The translations under genes were made by a program, and so were the position numbers. Shown piece by piece: positions 1 through 17,815 of a stretch of DNA of 64,000 nucleotides (positions are counted from its first letter, which is position 1; each line of letters begins with the position of its first letter). The notes under the pieces were generated by a model. That model worked only from the letters and a program-made list of their open reading frames with translations. It ran no database searches and was not told where the DNA came from. Source of the stretch: Amoebidium appalachense (taxonomy: Eukaryota; Protista; Ichthyosporea); contig CAVNZM010000002.1 in the NCBI GenBank assembly GCA_963693365.1, forward strand, positions 3,860,259 through 3,924,258, written 5' to 3'.

Positions 1-680
1 GTGTACATAAATATCTTCGGTTACAACTGTGTTTTCATGTTCGTGTTTTCTGTCCTGCTTTCTTTTCTTTTTCCTCTTTCTTCTTCTTTCTTTTCTCTTT
101 CTTTCTTCTCTTGTTTCCTTTCACATAATTATATTTCTTTCTCACTAATATACGTTGAGTAGATTTATATTACTCGTTATGTTTTGATTGGTAGAAAAAC
201 ACTTAGGTTACACTTTAGCTTGTCATGTATGATTCATAGCTTAGTCAACCACTTTTGTTTTGTGTGTTGCCGTACTATATCCAATCAGTAGACTTAGTCA
301 GAAAATGTCTGAGTCTTTGTAGCCGGTGATACGTTAGAAACATCACCTCTTTCCTCGTTACTTTTCACCTCATTACTTTCTTATAGCTGTGACCTATGGT
401 GTGCGTTCCTGTGTCTCCGGATCTATCTGGGAAATAATCAGTTAATTGTGATTGGTTATTTTAGACATAGATCTGATTTCCGACTGGTCGGAAATCATGT
501 ATGGATTTGACTTAAGGGGATTTCAGGTATTTATGCGAGATCGAAATAAATTGAGTTCAGTCATGTCTAAACATTGATGTCTGTTGTGTACACTGCTCCG
601 ATCGTTCCGTGTTTTGTTGTTGTGTGTCTGTGGTGTTTTCACACTGCACCGCTGTGTCTCTGCTTCCATCCCAAATACTT
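1..680. repeat. Copy of an unclassified interspersed repeat family (related copies at ~4200-4450 inverted and ~40050-40900)
   Basis: 1-240 aligns by eye to the reverse complement of 4200-4450 (gtgtacataaatatcttcggtta vs gtatacataaatatcttcagtta; acacttaggttacactt vs acacttaggctacactt). 590-670 resembles 40830-40900 (ctccgat...gtgtttt...cacc.ctgtg..ctctgct). Confidence 0.6.
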
Positions 681-780
681 ATATAATTTTACAACTTCAT
701 CCTATCATGTCATCTTTAGGTTTGATATGGTAACACTGTGATAGCATTTTTCCCAGGTACATACATGATGCTCAGGCTAG

Positions 781-1379
781 CCAGAAAAGTTCAAAACACT
801 CACACGATCTCCTTCTGTCCCAACCCAGTATGCAAAGACCTGGGAAAAGATCTGCAAGGCCCGACAGAAGGCAGTCCTCAGCCTGTCAGCAGATGAGCAA
901 GACGAGAAGGGAGACGACAAGCCCTCCACGAAGCAGTCCACGGCAAAAGACGACACCGGCGAGGTTTCTGATAACACTGGCATGGCGGCTGACGAGATGG
1001 AGAATCTGGCTCCAAGAAGCGGCCCAAGTCAGACGACGACTTGTCGGATGCCAGTGCCGGGCGCCCCATGAAGAACGGTAAAAAGGCCCAGGGCGTGGCG
1101 TCTAGCGTGGTGGGTGGTGATGTGCGTGGGTCATCTGTGTCTCGTGATAGAGCGGGTGGTTCTGATGAGCAGGAGGGTGTTGCGCAAGCAGGGGGGGATG
1201 ACAAGTATTGGGAGGAGTTGGCCAAGATTAGGGGAGGCAAAGAGGTGGTGGATGGCGATGTTAGTAGTGGCGGGGGGAAACGTGCGAGGGAAGTGAGTGA
1301 TGAGAGTGGGGATGAGAAGGGTGAAGGTGGGGTTAAAAAGCAGAAAGGCGATGTGGGTGGGAGGGTTGAGGATGATTAG
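781..1379 (+). pseudogene. Frameshifted K/E/D/G-rich coding remnant, probably part of the adjacent repeat element
   Basis: Open frame PEKFKTLTRSPSVPTQYAKTWEKICKARQKAVLSLSADEQDEKGDDK... from 781 passes by a frame change near 990 into ...GSKKRPKSDDDLSDASAGRPMKNGKK...EDD* (ORF 1041-1379). No recognisable domain. Confidence 0.35.
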
Positions 1380-2344
1380 AATGAGGAGGAATAGGGAAAG
1401 ACCCCCCCCCTCCCCCCCCCCCCCCCAGAGAAAAAAAAAAAGAATTAATACTTAGTTTTTGTCTCGTTTGGTGTAGTCCTCGCCTCTGCAGGGGGGAGAT
1501 AGGGAGATAGGGGGGAGATGTAGACTTCGTATTTTATTTGTGTGGTGATGTTTGTTTTGTTTTGTTTGTTTGTTTGTTAGTTTGTTTAGTTTGTTCGGTG
1601 AAGGTTGGACTCCTGTGGAGTCTAACAGAGTGAAATGGTCTCTACTCCTGTGGAGTGAAACTTAGAGATTTTTTAACATGAACAACTTGTGCGGTCTCTG
1701 CTCCAGTGGAGCAAGACATAAAGGAACAACAGTCTTTATGGTATCTCGTGTACAAATTGTGAAATAAGTTAGAAAGGTAAGAAGGAAGGGGGGGGGGGGG
1801 GGGGAGGGGGGAGGGGGCACAACGGTGGTGGTTACATTTCGTATTATGATATTACGACAGCTCGTAATCGTATATTACGATATTCCGTAATATTGTATTT
1901 AGTTAGTCATGGTATACTCGTAACATATTATTTGGCTATGCATAGGATATCTTATGGATGGGCAAAGAGCTGTCGTAATGATGTATACACGACATGCTAG
2001 GTATATATATACATACGTGTGGTGAACGGGCTCTTATAGAAATGTCTACGACGTTATTATGCGTAATGTACCCCAAGACCAGCAATGTGTATATCATATC
2101 ATGTATATGACTGGTAATTCGTAAAATACATCGATGTATATCATATGTCATGGGTTACGATGGTATTAAGCCGCTCCTAAACATATACTTAAGATATCCA
2201 ACGGGATGGGTTTGGATACTCGGATGGTGAAGGTTACGATGGGTTTCCGCTGCGCGTAATGGCATACTTAGTATATCCAATGGGTAGGTTTCTGACTTTG
2301 AAATGGGGGGGTTTGTGTCCGTATTATGGCGGTATTAAGACCTA

Positions 2345-3334
2345 ATACTTTTAAAGACACACCCCTCCATCCTTCTATTAGACTTACATTTATTCGCACT
2401 TTTGTCTTCCCGGCATGTGAATATGGTTTACCCCTTCTCGCCGCTTGGATCAAGAAAGAGAGAACTAGAGCGCTTAAACCCTTGGCAAATTTCCTTGAAG
2501 CAGAAGTTGCCTCCTTTCTATCTAACAACTGTTGTAAACCTGGGCCTGTAACGCTCTCGATATATGGTCTGGTCCCAATAGCTGCTAGAGTATCCTATCT
2601 CGCGCTGAAATTCAATAAGCACATAAGCCGCTTAAAGAAGTATTTGCCCTCCCACCCTCTCTTCTCTATCCGACCTGTCCCCTCCTCACCTCTCCCCTCT
2701 TTCCTCCCCTCTCTCTCCCCTTCTCCCCTGGGCACAAATACAAATAAACCCCGCAATAGTGTGTGTGTGACTTTGGACTGCCACTTACTTATTAAACATG
2801 TACACAATCACAAGATAATCACGCAATATAACAAATGGAAAAAGATACCACACGACACTAGACCCGATGAAAGCATACACCTTGAAAAACTAAGCCTTAT
2901 GTCTCGTTTTATATATACTGACCGCCTCAACCACATTGCCAAATATGGCACTCGCAAGTGTATAACACCTAAATACATATTACCTTCCTGTAGAACTGGT
3001 CTTTCTCTAGCTGATGGTATTATTGATCAATTACCACGCTTTTACTGTACACGTGCTATACAGTGGAGATCTAATAAGTATAAGGTGGCATCATTTGCAT
3101 GCCCAAACAACACACACACACACCAGTTTAACCGGTCATGTATCGCCAAATGTAGTTTGATAGACCACATAATACCGCAACACACACACGTCACATTCAC
3201 AACAGACACCCAGAAAGATAGCCTACCTGTAAATTACAACATCCTTGATTTTATACTAAACACGCGTAACTACGACCTGTTTATTAGATGTATTGATTGG
3301 CTTGAGAAACACATCACTACAAAATTATAGCGCA

Positions 3335-3421
<87 letters not shown>

Positions 3422-3453
3422 CCAGCTGATACCGAGTGTCCAGAGGGGAGCCC

Positions 3454-3493
<40 letters not shown>

Positions 3494-3692
3494 GGGGAAC
3501 CCCAACTAATTGATTTCTCCTTGTAGTCTTTATGGTGTCTCGTAGAGAAAGTAAACCCTGATATATAGTCACCACCCGACATCTATGTACGTGATCATGA
3601 TATACCGCTGAGGGGATATTCCGAGCAAAACCCCCCCCCCATACCTGAGACTGGTTCTCTTTGCCTCGAGTAAACAGCGTAAACCCCCTATT
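2345..3692 (+). mobile_element. 5'-truncated non-LTR (LINE-like) retrotransposon, copy 1: ORF2 C-terminal region plus 3' UTR
   Basis: ORF 2326-3330 is near-identical to the post-RT part of the YADD-bearing copy at 32046-33266. It carries the C-terminal WR...CPNNTHTHQFNRSCIAKC...DFILN Cys/His motif. The 3' UTR segment 3553-3692 is shared with copy 2. Confidence 0.85.
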
Positions 3693-4199
3693 AAGACCGC
3701 TCGTAACGCTCTCGTATGTATGTTCTATGTATATTCGTATGTATATACATAGGTTATACATTGTATATCCATATGCCATTGCGGCGGATATACATAGGTT
3801 ATACATTGGATATACATAGAATATCCTATGTATAGTGCAATGTATATACATCGGATATACATATGACATAGACTTTACGACATCCATAAACCATATGGAT
3901 GCCGTAAAGCGTATATCCAATGTATATACATAAGACGCTCCGTTTACCCCATGGAACTCTTTACAATATCGTAAAGACTTCGTGCAACCACTCCATATGA
4001 ACTCGCGGTGTGCTTTACGATGGGTGACAGGTTTACGCCATCGGAGATGGCGTTACGAGGGGTATACGATCCCCGGTGGAGATTGCTGATGTGGTGCATA
4101 GTTCTAACCTTTGAGACACTGCAAAGACTCAGACACACCACACTTAACCTTGATGATCGGTTAAAGCTCGGCAACACATGAAAACTAAAGTAAATTAAT

Positions 4200-4700
4200 G
4201 AAATCTGATCACACATGTCAACCTAAGTGTAGCCTAAGTGTGTTACCGTCCAATCAACACATACTAGTATAAGTAACACAAATCTACCTAACACACATTA
4301 GTAGAAAAGAAAGTCGTCGATTATACATATGAAAACAAGGAGAGAAAGAAAAGAAAATAAAGAAGAAGAAAGAGAAAGGAGAAGAGAGCATAGATTAACA
4401 AACAAGACATCAATAGCATAACTATAACTGAAGATATTTATGTATACACAGACATGTACACGTCTCTCCGGATCCCTGAGTGGGTGGATCCGTGTACACA
4501 CATATTAACATCCCGTAATCGTTATCCCAACACACAATTAGAGCCGATACAACACGATTACAAGTGTACAAGCATATTAAAGATCGATGCCACACTTACA
4601 TAATAGGAACGTGACTTTTATACTAAGTACATGAATTAAGACACAACACAAATTAAAAAGATCTTACCCGGTAATGTAGATACTACGTACTACAACAAGG
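4200..4700. repeat. Inverted, diverged copy of the repeat at 1-680
   Basis: Reverse complement of 4200-4450 matches 1-240 over several blocks (roughly 70% by eye). 4600-4700 weakly resembles 40035-40090. Confidence 0.55.
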
Positions 4701-4800
4701 GGGGAGGGGGAGGGGGGGGGGGGGGGGGAAGGTGGGGAGGGGGGGTGTCCCCCGACCGGGGGTTACCGTAGGCTCAAAGGCGCGAGCAGAACGTACAGTC

Positions 4801-4833
<33 letters not shown>

Positions 4834-4983
4834 GGGGAGGGAGGCTTCCAACATGCTCAGGAGGAAACTTGGTGATTGGGGGGGGAGAGTTGGGGGGGAG
4901 AGATTGTGCCCCGGGAACGTCTGTGTAAGTTACAGTAGGCTGTGGACGTAGCTACGACCATACGTGTGTGTGCGTGGGCGGCT

Positions 4984-5017
<34 letters not shown>

Positions 5018-5655
5018 GTGTGCCGACGTGTGTGGCAGTGCGTGAAGTCTGAGGGGCCTCAGCCACCGGGAGGGCCCTGGGGGGGAGAGGGGACGGGGGG
5101 GGGCCGGGGTCACGGAGTGAGAACGGCGAAGCGAACCAGCAAACAATCAGAGATAAACCGTGAAAGGCCTCAGGCCTGGCAGCCTGAGTCACAGTGGACT
5201 GTCGGGAAGCCGGGGGAAAGGAGGAAGTGGTGACCGGGTGGGGTTGTGGGTGGGGGGTGTACGCTGTGCACACGCAGTCCCGTGAATGAGTACTCACTGG
5301 CCGCCACCAGATTACAGTTCATATCATGGCATGATTGTAGCCTGCAGGTTGTGGTGGTGATCCGTGGTATGTAGTGGTGGTGGTGCTGGTGTGTGTGTGA
5401 CACAGATCTCGGGTCACGCGGCGGGCGTGCACGTGTCTGACTGTGCGTATGTGTGTGCGTGTGTGTGCGTGTTTTGTCACGCGTCACGGTTTGCCAAGTG
5501 CCGGTGAGACTCTGATGTGTGTTTGTATCATGGTGCGGGTGTGCCGCATCTGGTGCGGGCGGGCGGGCGCCGTGCGTGCTTGTGTGTGTGTGTGCTACAT
5601 TCTGACGGTGTGCGCGTTAGTAGTGTCTGTGTGTGTTTAGTGTTTGACAATGTAC

Positions 5656-5693
<38 letters not shown>

Positions 5694-5941
5694 TGTGTTT
5701 AACTTTGCATTTGTGTTTGTGTGTGTGTGGGTCACGGTGTGTATAGGTGTGGATCTCTCTCTGCGCGTGTGTGCCATGGTGTGTGTCACGGTGTATCTGA
5801 GACTCTTTGTGTGTGTGCGAATTAGTGACTGTCACGTGTGGGTGTGCAGTGCGATCGACATGCTATTTGTGCGCGTGTGTGTTTTTTTTGGGGGGGGGAG
5901 GAGGGGAGAGGGGGGAGGGGAGGAGGAGGGAAGGGAAGGGT

Positions 5942-6001
<60 letters not shown>

Positions 6002-7797
6002 GGAAAGGAGTGATGTCATGATCAGGCAATGCTTGCCAACGAATGTTCAGTCGACGCAGCCTGGAATTCCTGTGGCAGCTTCAAAAAAATTGAAAAATCG
6101 TCACAGTTTGAAGGTTTGCAATGGCTTCTGTTTGCAAACACGAAAGCTTCCCTTCAAAGTAGTTGTTGCACGTTGTGCACACCTATCCTATGCAAAAATG
6201 TACATGTGACGAACAGTGTGCAGATTTACCGCTTCTGAGCCCTATTCTGTCACGGTGATTCCACATAGACCTACAAAACGCTGGGGGGAGAAGGTGAACT
6301 TTTGCGGGCGCCGAGCCACTCGGCCCGCCGCCCGTGTATAAAATCGTTCTAAATGATTGGCTGAATTAAAATTAGCTGGTATCTTTTATAGTTGGGGGGA
6401 CATTCACTTGGCCTAAATATGCAGCCACACTAAAAGTTTACTATCTTTACATATTACTTAATTTTGAAAAAAGGTTCGGCTCAATATATATCAACTCCCA
6501 CCTTGATAGTTCGTTTTTTCTATTAGCAATCGATGTAAAATAATATTTATATGGAACCATATAAAGTACTGCCATTCTAAGTAATGCGTAGTTGGATTTT
6601 CAAAACTTTGTCGCACTTAACGAAAGTTAGTCAGTACCCCCTATCGGGAGTCGGGCTGAGAGCTTTGGAATAGCATCCAACATTCTCCCGCAACTTGGAA
6701 CATTGGGGGTAATGGGGTTTTGAAGGAGAGGAGCAAACTCCTTTCGGTTTAAGTTCAATTAGGGTCCTTATAAACACATAATTTTTTATTGTCCAATTGT
6801 ATTTAGGAACTTTTATTGTAATTTTTTGTGCCGTAGTAAGTAGGTCAAAATCCTGGTTAATGTATTTAAGAGCCTTGGAAAAAGGATCTTTTTATTTTGA
6901 CACGGTTGAATACAATCGTAGACTTTTTGTTGAATTCTGTTGGTCGTCACATTGAGTATCTATATGATTTTCACACAGTGTTGAGGTATCTTAGTATGCA
7001 CTTGTTACTGGATAACTCGTGAAGGTTTTTTTTTTTTTAATTGCCTTCTTAGTATGCCGTGCATACTTGCATATCTTTCCGTTGAATAAATCAAGTCAAA
7101 AGAAAAAAAATATCGTTAGCCCAAACTTTCAGGCCCCCATCGTGGCCACATTGGAATGCGATCGCCGTCAGTAAGGCGTCTGTGGAACGCTATTATTAGT
7201 TTTTGTTTATTCTTAGCCACACTTTATGAAAAGAGGTCGCCATACTCGGAGGCGAACCGGGGGATAACTTACACGTTTCGTTCACAGTTATGTTTATGGG
7301 AGACGTTAAGCTTCCATATATACCCTTATGTCAAACTGTATTATTTTGTAGCTCTTCAGCGTCACGGTATTTCTCAAGCTACACACCACAACATAGTTAC
7401 AGCAGGGCCTTCTCGAAGCATACTGCAAAAACATCCTCAACCTGGGAATTTGACTTTGAGATCCACATCATTCAACCCGCCCAACACGTAATTTCTTACA
7501 AGTGGCTTTCAAGAAAGGAAATCGTATAGACGATCGCCTGACTGTGTTTTCCATCTACGCGTGTGTGTGTCTGCTCTTCCCATTCACAGTATAGCAACAT
7601 TCACCCCAATCACCAGCAACCCTCTCCATCACCACCATCGGCACCACCCTGAAAACACAACTTCTCGCTCATTAAACCCTCAATCCCACCTCGTCCTACC
7701 ACTCTGCCTTCTCCTTGTCTTTTGTGAGGGCTTATTTCGCCAAAATACCACCCGAAGCGACCCCGGGAGCTTGTCGCATCTCCCCCACAAAAACATC

Positions 7798-13244
<5,447 letters not shown>

Positions 13245-14164
13245 AAAATATCAATTTTCGAAAGAGATTGTTTTGCAGGATTACGTAGGTGTGGGAATGC
13301 TATAAGGTGGTGTGGTAGTGGTGAGAAGGTTGGTTTCATGGACTCCTGATTATATAAAGGTCGGATGCGATAATATAAGAGGGTATATGTATATGTATAG
13401 AAATTCCGCAAGATATGTAAGATTGCATAGGTTAGTGAATCGAAAGGCGGGGAGTATTGGCGAATCATTTTGTGTGGTTACTAGAATGATCGTGGCCGGT
13501 ATTGAAGAAATTATTTGTCAAATCCAATTATTCACCAGAGACCTAATTTTCTAGTTTCTTGAGAAGATGTCAGATTATGTTGTTGTGAGTGTGATATCAG
13601 TAAATTACAGTGTTAGCTCACGAACCTTACATGAACTTTTAAATGAAGTTATAAAATTATTCATCTATTGGGTGTAACTTGAAGTTCGACTATTTTTTAT
13701 ATACATATATGGGGGGGGGGGGGGGGGGGGGGGGTCTTTTTCTCTCCAAGTGTGTCACATATGCATGATGTGAGCGAGCATACCATGATACATTCTGTGG
13801 TTTGTTCGTTTAAACTTCATTTTTAAACAGACAGAAACAACTTGCATATAAAACACAACCATGAAGTAAATATATATAAAGCTAACGCACGTTAGATATA
13901 TTGATATACCCAATCCGCCCAATACATATAAAAAAAAAGATAAATGAATGTGCTTCGACTTGATGATCAAGTGTCGTCTCCAAGTATCACGTAAGTTTCC
14001 AGATGTGTATGTGATCACGAATATCTCCGTCTTAAGGTCCCTTAAACTTTCAACGTTTTTGCACGCTCGTACACGTGGCATGTTACTTTGCGCTGTTGTG
14101 GTTGTGGGTGTGCCTGCGTACCTGCGTTCAGAACTGGAGGCGGCTACACATGCCAGCCTCCGCA

Positions 14165-14195
<31 letters not shown>

Positions 14196-14207
14196 CACAC
14201 ACACACC

Positions 14208-14293
<86 letters not shown>

Positions 14294-14550
14294 GTGACAC
14301 ATACACAACAACGACCCCCCCCCCCCCCCCCTCCCCTCCCCCTCTCCCCCCTCCCCCCAAGCCCGGATCCAACCGGCCCTAGAAAATGCCCCCCCAAAGA
14401 TTTCTGAAGTGATCGAAAGAGGTGTGGGGGGGTGAGCGGGCCGGTGGGAGGAGGGGAGAGGAGGCCGGTTAATTAGTTACGTATGGGATCCGGAGGGCGA
14501 ACAGCCACATCAACAAAATCTATTTGCCTCTCTCTCTCTCTCTCTCTCTC

Positions 14551-14587
<37 letters not shown>

Positions 14588-14770
14588 ACCCCACCCCCCT
14601 CTCCTCCCACCCCCCTTCCCCTCCCTCCCCGCTTTTGGACAGGTGGGTCGCCGGGGGGAGGGGGAGGGGGTGGGGGGTGGGCAGGGACCCATCTACCATT
14701 TGGCTAGTATCGGGAGGGAGGGGAGGGGGGTCGGACCCCTCCACCCACCAGAGTAGATGGGTCCCCCCCC

Positions 14771-14818
<48 letters not shown>

Positions 14819-15037
14819 AGGGGGTGGGGGAAGGGGGGGGGGAACTATCCAGATATCATATAACCTGACCATAATTATTTTATAATGATATTATAATCTA
14901 GACTCTTGAAGCGGTTAACATACATTCCCAAAACGTAAACATCGAGGCAAACTAATAGGAGTCCTTGATCACCTGAAATACAGGCTTTATGTCGCCACTA
15001 CGGTCATGCTCCCCCCTCCCCCCCCTCCCGGCCCTCC

Positions 15038-15068
<31 letters not shown>

Positions 15069-15326
15069 AACCTCGTCGCTGAGTCCCCCCGCTGCATGCG
15101 CACACACGCACACACGTATTTGATTCATACGTACCTGCACACACATTTACCACACAGTTTGACCAGCGCAAGCAGCCGATATATGCATAAAAATGCAGAT
15201 ACAATCACTCGCACCCACACCACACACACACATTCCCTGCCACATAGATACGTAAACCGTGCACTGCACGGTGAGAACAGTAACTTTGCCCGCAACTATT
15301 CACTGATTAAGAGTTAAATGACCATT

Positions 15327-15433
<107 letters not shown>

Positions 15434-15860
15434 TGTGGGTGTCAGTGTTTGTGTGTGTGTGTATATGGGTGGGTGTGTGCGTGCGCGCGCAAGCGCGCGC
15501 ATGTGCTCGTGCATCAAGGCTTGCGTAAATGAACAGGGTGATGGAGGGAGGCCCGGGGGAGAGGGGGGGGGGGGGGGGGGGGGGGGTGAGTAGGGCGGGA
15601 AGGGCGTGAGAAGGGGAAGGCCCGGGGGGAAGGGGGGGGGGAGGCGGGTTACTAATGTCATAGAACATATAGTACACATTTGCCCCGGATAACACAAAGG
15701 AGACCAAGTTGCAAAGAACACACAGGGAGTCACATCCGGCGGAAGAAGAGCATCAGCAAGCACGAAGGGGTGGAAAGTATGTGTGTGTGTCACGTGTTTG
15801 TGTGTGCGTGTGTGCGTGCGTGCGTGTGCGCGCACGCGCGCGTGTGCGGGTGTGCAGATG

Positions 15861-17610
15861 TAGGGCCCAACCACACGAGCTTAATAAACTCGCTTTTAGC
15901 ATAATTATTATGCAAAAAGCTAAATTATAATGCAAAAAGCTTAATTATTATGCTTTTGCTTAATTATTAAGCTCGAGCTTAATTATTATGCCAAGAGCTT
16001 AATTATAAAGCAAAAGCATGATTATTAAGCAAAAAGCTTAATTATTATGCTCAGGGGGACAACGGCCCAAAACACTCAGATTTCCGGTTTGGCTGAACGG
16101 TGTTTTCTGCTATTCGGCACAAAAACGACCATGCTGTCTGTCAGTTTTGATTTGGAAATATCTTTTGCTGCGACTTCACTTTTCTGTCCTACTCTGTCCT
16201 TCAACTTCGAATACCGAGCTTCCTTTTCAAGTTTAAAAACCGTAGAATGTCTGCCCACTGGTAGCATTCCTGCTGCCTTATTAACAACTCACGCGACTCA
16301 GGCTTTACCAATACAGAACCGCTGGTCAGCTGCATAGTATGGAATATAAACAAGGCAGCCCAAGTGGCTATAGAGCTTTCTGCTATATAGCTAGCAGATT
16401 TGGATTAGTGACGTGACGTGAACTGGAGCACCGTGTGCGATCACGCGGACTGGCAACCACAGCCGGGGTTCGGCTATTTTCTTATCACGATGTCAGCTTT
16501 TTGTCAGCTATGTAGGCTTTCAAAATAAAAAAGAAACACTCTTTATACTCAGGCTCCTGAACTTGGTCCAGACGTGCCAGCTTTATAGCACGAGACGATT
16601 GTAGTACAGTAAGAAGATGTCTTATACGTGTTAGTAGGGACGGCAAGTAAGAAAACCGACGTGCGTTGTCTTAAGGGCATCCAGCGAGAAATAACTATCA
16701 AAAAATGATAGGTGGTAAATCATTTGTTAACAGCACAGGCACAAAATTGCTACGTTTGTTTAAACGATAACCGACTCATGGCAAACAAAGTCAAAGTCAA
16801 GCAAAAATGCATGTTGTTGTGGAGGCCTACTGAACATGGAGCTGGGGTCGGAACAATATGGTAGAGCTTACTGCACGATGATTGCCACTGGCATTCACCT
16901 ACGAACAACAGAGCCAGCATCATAGCTTCTGTGGCATGTAGGCGCACTGACAGGCACGACTATCGACTCCCGATCTCCCGATCGAGCACACGCTAGCGAC
17001 ACAGCCATCCCGTGTGCTCCTTGCTTTTTACGGAGAAAAACACCACTTCGTTGCTATCATTCCACGTTTTGTACATTTTTATAGCTTAGCTCATTACGCT
17101 GCTCGAGAAGTAAATGGAGATGTGGCTGGAAAGTGGAAACCGTTTATCACCGGCGACCGTTTGAAAAGTGGGAACGCCAAGGGAAAAGTGGGGAACGCCA
17201 ATGCTTTGCAGAGGAGTCCTCAACCCTTATCAAATAAATGGGAAGAACTTTCGAAAAGCTGCAGGAGAGTGAGACGCAACGCCAAAACAAACTCGAGTCA
17301 GTGACTGACACAGTAGACACGAATCTTGCGTGCATTTTGCGCGAGCCTAAAATACAGTACAAAGCACTTTCGGTCAAGCCCATAAAATCCTTTACCATAA
17401 TCACCGGAAACTGAGCACGATGGGCAGGCAGTGCAGAACTGTGGTGGTACCAAGGCCGAAAGCTTATTTATTTAGCAAAAAGCTTAATTATTAACGCAAA
17501 AAGCTTAATTATTAAGCAAAAAGTTATTAATCGAAAAGCTCAATTATTAAGCGAAAAGCTTAATTATTATGCTAAAAACGAGTTTATTAAGCTCGTGTAG
17601 TTGGGCCCTA
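15861..17610. mobile_element. Non-autonomous TIR DNA transposon (~1.75 kb) with subterminal palindrome arrays
   Basis: 45-bp TIRs TAGGGCCCAAC(C/T)ACACGAGCTTAATAAACTCG(C/T)TTTTAGCATAAT at 15861-15905 and 17566-17610 (2 mismatches). Flanking duplication GATG (or AGATGT if the termini are AG...CT). Repeats of AAGCTTAATTATTA(T/A)GC at both ends. No intact transposase. Confidence 0.9.
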
Positions 17611-17629
17611 GATGTGCGTGTACACGTGT

Positions 17630-17674
<45 letters not shown>

Positions 17675-17709
17675 CACTGTGTTGGGGGGGGGGGGGGGGG
17701 GGGGAGGAA

Positions 17710-17740
<31 letters not shown>

Positions 17741-17770
17741 TATATGCATCAGTTGCCACAACGGAATCAA

Positions 17771-17815
<45 letters not shown>

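Noticed and set aside
6027-7153. Possible hAT-like termini CAATGCTTGCCAAC / GTGGCCACATTG
   Set aside because: Poor TIR match and no target-site duplication.
14684-14765. Inverted repeat GGGACCCATCTAC / GTAGATGGGTCCC in G/C-rich DNA, with similar patches at ~18.0, 36.4 and 39.8 kb
   Set aside because: Probably decayed repeat fragments, but boundaries and homology cannot be established by eye amid homopolymers.
15900-16050. Regularly repeated palindromes resembling a CRISPR array
   Set aside because: No unique spacers, eukaryotic context, no cas genes; these are transposon subterminal repeats.
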